A stretch of DNA of 64,000 nucleotides from a virus (Duplodnaviria; Caudoviricetes). The notes under the pieces were generated by a model that searched no databases, was not told the origin of the DNA, and saw only the letters and a list, made by a program, of their open reading frames with translations. The translations under genes and the position numbers were made by a program. The first letter of the stretch is position 1. The number at the start of each line of letters is the position of its first letter. This document shows, in pieces, positions 57,526-64,000 of this stretch. The stretch is taken from positions 1,223 through 65,222 of the IMG/VR virus record IMGVR_UViG_3300013113_000816, one strand, 5' to 3'.

Positions 57526-58671
57526 ATGAATATACCTATTTGGACAGGAACATCAACCTTTGCCGTGGGTCAAACCCCATTTGGCTTTTATGATAATGAT
57601 TTAGATTTTCAAACTGATGCTGATAAAGTAGCTGATTTTTGTGCTCGAAGATTAGGATATCCTTTGGCAGATGTAGAATTACAATCTGGTTCATTTTATA
57701 CTGCTTTTGAAGAAGCAATTACTATATATGGGAATGAATTATATGCTTATAAAATAAGAGAAAATTATTTATCCTTAGAAGGAGCATCAAGTAACACCTC
57801 AGCAAATAATCAATTAATAACTCCAAATCTTGCTTCAATAGTAAGAATCTCAGAACAATATGGAGTAGAAGCAGGAGTAGGTGGTAATGTAACTTGGTAT
57901 TCAGGTTCATTAGCTTTAACAGCAGGCCAACAAACTTATAATATGAATGCTTGGGCTGATGCTAATGCTAATTTAGCAGCTAATGATTCAATAGAAGTTA
58001 AAAGAATCTTTTATGAAGCACCCCCTGCAATCACAAGATATTTTGATCCTTATGCAGGAACAGGAACAGGAATGATAGATTTAATGGATTCATTTGGTTG
58101 GGGTTCTTATTCACCTGCAATCAATTTCTTGATGATGCCTATAAATTATGATCTTCAAGTAATGCAAGCTATTGAATTTAACGACCAAATTAGAAGGTCA
58201 AATTATTCATTTGAATTAGTAAATAACAATTTAAAAATATTCCCTATACCTAATTCTACAGGAAATTTACATTTTGAATACATCAAAAAATCAGAAAGGA
58301 ATAATCCCTATTCTAATGGTTCTGATTTGATAACAAATGTAGCAGAAGTTCCCTTTGATAACCCCAATTATAATATTATAAATTCAATAGGAAGACAATG
58401 GATATTTGAAATGACATTAGCAATAGCAAAAGAAATGTTAGGGTATATTAGAGGTAAATATTCAACAATACCAATCCCAGATGCTGATGTAACATTAAAT
58501 CAATCTGATTTATTATCATCGGCAACAGCTGATAGAGAAGCTTTAATAGAAAGATTAAGAGCGTATTTTGATGAAACCTCAAGAAGCAGTTTATTAGAAA
58601 GAAAAGCAAATGAAAACGACTTTTTACAAAAAGAATTAAATAAAGTTCCATACACAATTTACATAGGATAA
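57526..58671 (+). CDS. neck / head-tail adaptor protein (gp13-like)
   Basis: RRLGYPLADVEL..AKEMLGYIRGKY..IP..VTLN. Confidence 0.7.
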   Translation: MNIPIWTGTSTFAVGQTPFGFYDNDLDFQTDADKVADFCARRLGYPLADVELQSGSFYTAFEEAITIYGNELYAYKIRENYLSLEGASSNTSANNQLITPNLASIVRISEQYGVEAGVGGNVTWYSGSLALTAGQQTYNMNAWADANANLAANDSIEVKRIFYEAPPAITRYFDPYAGTGTGMIDLMDSFGWGSYSPAINFLMMPINYDLQVMQAIEFNDQIRRSNYSFELVNNNLKIFPIPNSTGNLHFEYIKKSERNNPYSNGSDLITNVAEVPFDNPNYNIINSIGRQWIFEMTLAIAKEMLGYIRGKYSTIPIPDADVTLNQSDLLSSATADREALIERLRAYFDETSRSSLLERKANENDFLQKELNKVPYTIYIG

Positions 58672-58672
58672 T

Positions 58673-59236
58673 ATGGCGTTATATGGGGGTCAAAGAGATA
58701 TAAGTTTATTTAGACACATCAACCGAGAGTTGATGGGGGATATTGTTTCCCAAGAATGTGTTTATTATAAATTAAAACTTGAACAAACCAAAGTAAACCT
58801 TTATGGTGAATCCGCGGGGGCTAAGTATTACTATGATGGAGTTATATTAACTTGTCTGGTTCAAAGATCACCCCAAGAATATCCTGATGATGAATTTGGG
58901 GTACAATTTAATCAAACAATTGATTTTAAATTTTTAAGGGATGATTTATTAATAAGTGAAGAAGATTTTAATAAAAACTTTGACCAAGGAGATTATTTTG
59001 GGGCTAATTTAGTTCCTCAAGTAGGGGATATTATAATGTATTATGAAGGATACTATGAAGTAGATGATGTAATAGGTAACCAATATTTTACAGGTAAAGA
59101 TCCTGATTATGATTATTCCCCAAATCCTATCAACCCAGGGTTGGGTAATTTTGGTAGTGATTTATCTATAATATGTAAAACACACTATACTCCTGCTGAT
59201 AAGGTACAAATAGAGAAAGGAAGAATAAATGGCTAA
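58673..59236 (+). CDS. neck / head closure protein (gp14-like)
   Basis: NLYGE..PQVGDII..YYEV; follows the gp13-like gene. Confidence 0.6.
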   Translation: MALYGGQRDISLFRHINRELMGDIVSQECVYYKLKLEQTKVNLYGESAGAKYYYDGVILTCLVQRSPQEYPDDEFGVQFNQTIDFKFLRDDLLISEEDFNKNFDQGDYFGANLVPQVGDIIMYYEGYYEVDDVIGNQYFTGKDPDYDYSPNPINPGLGNFGSDLSIICKTHYTPADKVQIEKGRING

Positions 59237-60326
59237 AAATTATAGAAAACCAAGACCAAAATCCCAAAAGGAAATTTCAAAGGCCCTACAAACTCCTTAT
59301 GATGCAAAACAAGGAAATCCTAATGATGCTGAAGAAGGAGCCCAATTTTCACCAACAAATCAAGCTAATGTTGATTTTAACAGATCAACTAAAATGTCCT
59401 TTAAGGGGGATACTGTTAAACCCTTTACAGTAGGAATAAAAGACATTGATGAGTCTATAATGTATTATTTTGATAATGTTATTAGACCCTATGTAATACA
59501 AAATGGAGAAAGAATAGCTGTACCTGTAATTTATGGTTCTCCTGAAAGATGGAAATCAGTGCAAAAGGATGGTTATTATAGAGATAAAAAAGGGGCAATA
59601 ATGAATCCTATTATAATGTTTAAAAGAGATTCATTAGAAAGAAATAGATCATTAGGTAAAAAATTAGATGCCAATAACCCTAATTTATACACGTCATGGC
59701 AAAAAGTTTATGATCCTAAAAATTTCTATAGCAATTTTAATTTATTAAATAATAGTATTCCAACAAAGCAGTTCATAGCTAATGTAGTTCCTGATTATGT
59801 TACTTTAACTTATAGTTGTATAGTGCAAACATATTATGTAGAACAATTAAATAAAATAGTAGAAGCAATAAATTATGCTGCTGATTCATATTGGGGTAAT
59901 CCTGAAAGATTTAAATTTAAAGCTAATATAGATAGCTTTACAACAGTTACTGAATTGGTTCAAAGTAAGGATAGAAGTGTTAGAAGTAATTTTAATATAA
60001 AAATGCATGGGTATATTATTCCTGATATTGTTCAAAAAGATACAGCAGCTATAAAAAAATATAATGATAAATCAAAAATAATTTTCCAAATAGAAACAAC
60101 TTCAGATGCTAATAGATATGAAGCAAATCCTGAAGTAACAGATGATGGTAGAAGCAGAGCAACTCAAGGAGGGGGAAGTGTTACTTTATCAACCCCACCT
60201 GCATCCTTTCCTTCTACACCAACTAGTCCTTCTTTAATATCATTAAATGATTTACCAACATCAGATCCAGGTGTAGTAGGTGTTTTATGGAATAATGGAG
60301 GAGTACCAACAGTATCTACTGGTTAA
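59229..60326 (+). CDS. tail terminator / sheath stabiliser (gp15-like)
   Basis: VPVIYGSPERW..P.IMFKR..PDYVTLTY. Confidence 0.6.
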   Translation: MAKNYRKPRPKSQKEISKALQTPYDAKQGNPNDAEEGAQFSPTNQANVDFNRSTKMSFKGDTVKPFTVGIKDIDESIMYYFDNVIRPYVIQNGERIAVPVIYGSPERWKSVQKDGYYRDKKGAIMNPIIMFKRDSLERNRSLGKKLDANNPNLYTSWQKVYDPKNFYSNFNLLNNSIPTKQFIANVVPDYVTLTYSCIVQTYYVEQLNKIVEAINYAADSYWGNPERFKFKANIDSFTTVTELVQSKDRSVRSNFNIKMHGYIIPDIVQKDTAAIKKYNDKSKIIFQIETTSDANRYEANPEVTDDGRSRATQGGGSVTLSTPPASFPSTPTSPSLISLNDLPTSDPGVVGVLWNNGGVPTVSTG

Positions 60327-60351
60327 TATTTATAATAAAAAAAGAAATTAA

Positions 60352-62136
60352 ATGCCTAGTAACGTTAGATTTGCAGATCAATTATCAGTAAGTGCTTTTG
60401 GAAATATCCAAGGTAATGCTATTTCTGCTTCATATGCTGAATCATCTTCTTTTGCAAGTTATGCAACTTCTGCTTCTTATGCTATTTCTGCATCTCATGA
60501 AATTGTTAAAGAAGTTTCATCAAGCCATGCTGATACTGCTTCATTTGCACAAAGTGGAGATGGTGTATTCAGTGGTTCATTTAGTGGGAGCTTTGAAGGA
60601 AATGGTTCAGGTCTAACAGACATACCTGCTTCGGGTATAGTAGGACTTAATCTATCGCAAATAGCATCAGGTTCAGCAACTGCGTCAATTTCACCCAATG
60701 GTGGGTTATATGTTAATACAAATATAACATCATCTAATAATATAGCGGGTAAAGCATTTTATATAAAAGATGGTGGGTTAACTAGCGAAGCTTTAGGCGC
60801 AGTTCCTATGAACAGCCAATTAAATATAGCTAGTTCTACAAATTACAATAAAATATTTATAAATAATTCCACTTCTAATGCTAAGATAACAACATATGGT
60901 GATGTATCTTCAAGTGCAGCTTCAACAGCATCTTTTGGAACTTATTTAGGAGATGGTTCCCAGTTATCAGGTATATCAACTACACCATTTCCCTTCTCAG
61001 GTTCAGCAGTTATAACAGGATCATTAACTGTAACAGGATCATCAGGTACAACTGTGTTTTTAGTAGGACCCACAAACAATGAATACTTACAACTCGGTAG
61101 CAATGCAAATAATCGAATCGAATTATCCATATCCGCTGATCCCCTAGACGATCCAGACAAGTATTACATATCATATCAAGGGAGTGATGCAAATACCGCA
61201 ACTTTAGGTTTGGGAGCATCTGAAGTTCAAATTGGGGATATTGAAGGTCACTTAAATCAAGTAACTCTCGACATTAATTCTCAAACACCTTCATTTAATT
61301 TTGTTGGAGCTCCAATAACAGCATCTAATAACTTTTCATCAAGCATTTCATCAACAGCTTCATTCGGAACTTATTTAGGAGATGGTTCACAATTAACAGG
61401 AATAATTTCATCATCTTATGCAATATCTGCTTCATACGCAGTAAGTGCATCTCATGAAATAATTAAGGAAGTATCTTCCAGTTACGCTGATACTGCTTCA
61501 TTTGCACAAAGTGGAAACGGAACATTCTCAGGCTCATTCTCAGGAAGCTATGTTGGAGACGGAAGTGGTTTAACAGGTGTAGACCCCTTCCCATTCTCAG
61601 GTTCAGCAGTAATAACAGGAAGTTTAGTAGTATCAGGATCAAGCAAACCTGTAGAAGTAATTGGAAGTGGTTCAACAGTATTTAGTGTAGTAGGAAGTTT
61701 AGGAGAATTATTTGCTATAGACGATGTTTTATCAGGTTCATTATTAGTAATAAACGATTCTTCTGGAATCCCACAATTTGAAGTATTCTCAGATGGTAGA
61801 ACTCTAATAGGAGCAGACCCTCGTTCATTATATACTACTGCGACTATAAGCGCAACAGCAGCTGCTACATCGGAATCCATATATTCATTGAGTACTAGTT
61901 CATATGACGGTGTATTCTTTGATTATACCATAAGTTCTGCATCAAATGCACGAGCAGGAAATATAATGTCAATATGGAATGGGGGTAGTTTAGTTTACAC
62001 AGAAAATACTACAACTGATATAGGATCAACAACAGGAGTTAATTTTGATGTTATAATTTCCCAATCACAAGCACAACTAATTTCAGTAACAGATACTGCA
62101 GGATGGAAAATTAAAACAACAATAAGATCAATATAA
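60352..62136 (+). CDS. Ser/Gly-rich tail fibre-like protein with internal duplication
   Basis: SASHEI.KEVSSS.ADTASFAQSG, ASFGTYLGDGSQL and PFPFSGSAVITGSL each occur twice. Confidence 0.65.
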   Translation: MPSNVRFADQLSVSAFGNIQGNAISASYAESSSFASYATSASYAISASHEIVKEVSSSHADTASFAQSGDGVFSGSFSGSFEGNGSGLTDIPASGIVGLNLSQIASGSATASISPNGGLYVNTNITSSNNIAGKAFYIKDGGLTSEALGAVPMNSQLNIASSTNYNKIFINNSTSNAKITTYGDVSSSAASTASFGTYLGDGSQLSGISTTPFPFSGSAVITGSLTVTGSSGTTVFLVGPTNNEYLQLGSNANNRIELSISADPLDDPDKYYISYQGSDANTATLGLGASEVQIGDIEGHLNQVTLDINSQTPSFNFVGAPITASNNFSSSISSTASFGTYLGDGSQLTGIISSSYAISASYAVSASHEIIKEVSSSYADTASFAQSGNGTFSGSFSGSYVGDGSGLTGVDPFPFSGSAVITGSLVVSGSSKPVEVIGSGSTVFSVVGSLGELFAIDDVLSGSLLVINDSSGIPQFEVFSDGRTLIGADPRSLYTTATISATAAATSESIYSLSTSSYDGVFFDYTISSASNARAGNIMSIWNGGSLVYTENTTTDIGSTTGVNFDVIISQSQAQLISVTDTAGWKIKTTIRSI

Positions 62137-62140
62137 TGTT

Positions 62141-62863
62141 ATGGGAATACGAAGAGGAGAAATATCAACTCCCATAGTAGCAGATGGGTTAATCTTTAAC
62201 ATGGATGCTGCCAATAGAGCAAGTTATCCTAAAACAGGAACTACTGCTACTGATACTATTAATAATATAACCGGAACTCTTACCAATGGAACTGTATATG
62301 ACTCTGATGGAGGAGGGGTTTTTTATTATGGCGGAGGAGATGAATATATTACACTTTCAACATCATTATTAACTTATGTAAGTAACGTAAGCCAATTTAC
62401 TATAGGTCAATGGGCAAAGCCCAAGAATGGCAGTGATTTTATGACATTAGGTCATGTAGATACCCACCCATATGCAAGAGTTAATCTTGGCACCTGGAAC
62501 AATGGAAATATTATTTATAATATAGGACAAACTGGAGGTACTACAGGCCAAGCAATATATAAAGCATATTCTAATTGGGATAATTGGTCATATTGGGTTT
62601 GCACATTTGATAAGTCTCTGGGAAGCAAAGCAGAAAGATTGAGAGGATATATTGATGGAGTTGACCCAGGAGGCTGGACTGATTATGGAGCAGATGGATC
62701 TTATAATACAGGAACTATTACTAATTTTGATTTAGGATATGTAGGTCAGTATGGAGCATATAGTTATGGATATCAAGGCCCAGTCCACATCTACAACCGC
62801 GCCTTATCAGCAAACGAAGTCCTACACAACTATAACGCATTAAAAGGGAGGTTTGGATTATGA
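62141..62863 (+). CDS. LamG / concanavalin A-like protein
   Basis: DAANRASYP..FTIGQW..IYNRALSANEVLHNYNALKGRFGL. Confidence 0.75.
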   Translation: MGIRRGEISTPIVADGLIFNMDAANRASYPKTGTTATDTINNITGTLTNGTVYDSDGGGVFYYGGGDEYITLSTSLLTYVSNVSQFTIGQWAKPKNGSDFMTLGHVDTHPYARVNLGTWNNGNIIYNIGQTGGTTGQAIYKAYSNWDNWSYWVCTFDKSLGSKAERLRGYIDGVDPGGWTDYGADGSYNTGTITNFDLGYVGQYGAYSYGYQGPVHIYNRALSANEVLHNYNALKGRFGL

Positions 62864-63507
62864 GCGGACGAGTAGGACCATTACCACCTTCATTTTTAAA
62901 CACATACTCATTAGATTTTGATGGGATTGATGATGTTGTTACATTAAATTCAACAGTTTCTTTTGCAAGTGAATATAGTTTATCTATATGGGTAAATCCA
63001 ACAGTATTAAACAATAATCAGGTTATTTTGGGTAATGGTTCAAGTTCAAACAACTGGATTAGATTATCTTCTTCTAGTCAAATTACTTGGAAAATAGGTT
63101 CAAGTACTGCTAATATTTCAGATGTTGGAAATAATTTAGTAGATGGTGTTTGGCAACATTTATTATTTTATAGAGATAGCTCAAATAATATAGGTATTTT
63201 TAGAAACGGTGCTGCTTTTGGAAGTACGACAATAACTGGACAAACCCAAGAATTAATCACTATTGGAAAAAGAGGTAACATTGAATATTCAGGATTAATT
63301 GATAATGTTTCTTTCTTTTCCTCAGATCAAAGTAGTAATATTTCTACTATATATAATGGAGGTGTACCTGGAGATTTAACAAGTCTATCCCCTTCAGGAT
63401 GGTGGAGATTCAATGAAGGATCAGGTACAACTGCTATAGATTCTGGAACAGGTGGAAACAATGGTACTATTAATGGAGCAACTTATTCAACTGATGTACC
63501 AACTTAA
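62860..63507 (+). CDS. LamG-domain protein
   Basis: SLDFDGIDD..SIWVNP..WQHL..GLIDNV..WWRFNEGSG. Confidence 0.75.
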   Translation: MSGRVGPLPPSFLNTYSLDFDGIDDVVTLNSTVSFASEYSLSIWVNPTVLNNNQVILGNGSSSNNWIRLSSSSQITWKIGSSTANISDVGNNLVDGVWQHLLFYRDSSNNIGIFRNGAAFGSTTITGQTQELITIGKRGNIEYSGLIDNVSFFSSDQSSNISTIYNGGVPGDLTSLSPSGWWRFNEGSGTTAIDSGTGGNNGTINGATYSTDVPT

Positions 63508-63519
63508 AAAAAGAAAATT

Positions 63520-63927
63520 ATGAGATTTGGACCATTAATTGGAGGAACACCACCTCAACCTACACCTGAACAGTTTACAGCTCCTACAAACACTGGCATT
63601 AATATGACAGTTGCAGTTAATGCTGGTGGAGTATTAAATACTCCTTACGCAGGAGGCGAATTAGGTGCATTTTATGATTTAAACAATGATGGAAACCTTC
63701 AGTGTGTTGGGCTATCAACTATACTAACTGGCTTTTTTAGCTTGGCGCTTTGGGGAGACAATGGGGCTACTCCTGAAAAAGATGGTTTAGATCTTGGTGA
63801 TGTTCCTATATTTGCTATACTAGATGGGGGAGTAGTTTATTTATTTGAACCATCGCCTGCTTTTAGTGGGTATGTAGACAACGGTATAGTTATTATAACA
63901 AACGGGACTGTTAGTCCTTTAGTGTAA
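63520..63927 (+). CDS. hypothetical beta-rich protein
   Basis: NTGINMTVA..ELGAF..QCVG..ALWGD..EKDGL. Confidence 0.6.
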   Translation: MRFGPLIGGTPPQPTPEQFTAPTNTGINMTVAVNAGGVLNTPYAGGELGAFYDLNNDGNLQCVGLSTILTGFFSLALWGDNGATPEKDGLDLGDVPIFAILDGGVVYLFEPSPAFSGYVDNGIVIITNGTVSPLV

Positions 63928-64000
63928 ATAATAACATAAGTTAAATGAAATAAAAACAACAGATATACCAACTTAATTATTTTTTAACATATTTATAATA

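Noticed and set aside
11199-63014. Many minus-strand and alternate-frame ORFs within long genes (e.g. 14458, 27378, 31932, 35632, 37587, 41754, 54409, 61548)
   Set aside because: They are antisense or frame shadows of well-supported plus-strand genes, and their Ser/Phe/Leu-rich composition mirrors the Glu/Lys codons opposite
1-64000. Stop-codon reassignment
   Set aside because: Core genes are intact under the standard code, and TAG, TGA and TAA all end genes at sensible points (e.g. TAG at 14806, 30410 and 46880)
1-64000. tRNA/rRNA genes, reverse transcriptase/DGR, integrase
   Set aside because: None recognised by eye; intergenic gaps are short, and tRNAscan would be needed to exclude tRNAs fully

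Overview
This window is 64 kb of an AT-rich, T4-like (myovirus-type) large phage genome, coded almost entirely on the + strand in the standard genetic code. It holds a head module (large terminase, portal, prohead protease, scaffold, gp23-like major capsid, neck and tail-terminator genes), a baseplate/tail module (gp5-, gp25- and gp6-like proteins, Ser/Gly-rich fibres, LamG proteins) and a gp55-like late sigma factor. It also holds a primase, a PD-(D/E)XK exonuclease, and HD, HAD, SET, DUF932 and FAD-oxidoreductase genes. The host is probably Bacteroidota, inferred from a T9SS-type cargo gene, an Hc1-like histone, TTGG-N17-CGTATATT promoters and A-rich starts without Shine-Dalgarno sequences. 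Two features stand out. (1) At 982-2730 on the minus strand, ten unrelated mini-genes form an array joined by a 19-nt repeat (TAAACCAAAACAAAGATGA) that supplies each start codon and ends or nearly ends the previous gene in any frame. (2) Many genes carry shared N-terminal leaders (MKKSELRKIIKEE.., MxNFxLRKYLxEN..) and [ILV]-x-E sites, which suggests capsid-targeted cargo matured by the prohead protease. One such gene is a five-domain putative polyprotein containing a CCA-adding-type enzyme and a HAD phosphatase, next to a P-loop kinase. All family calls come from motif recognition by eye; no database searches were run.
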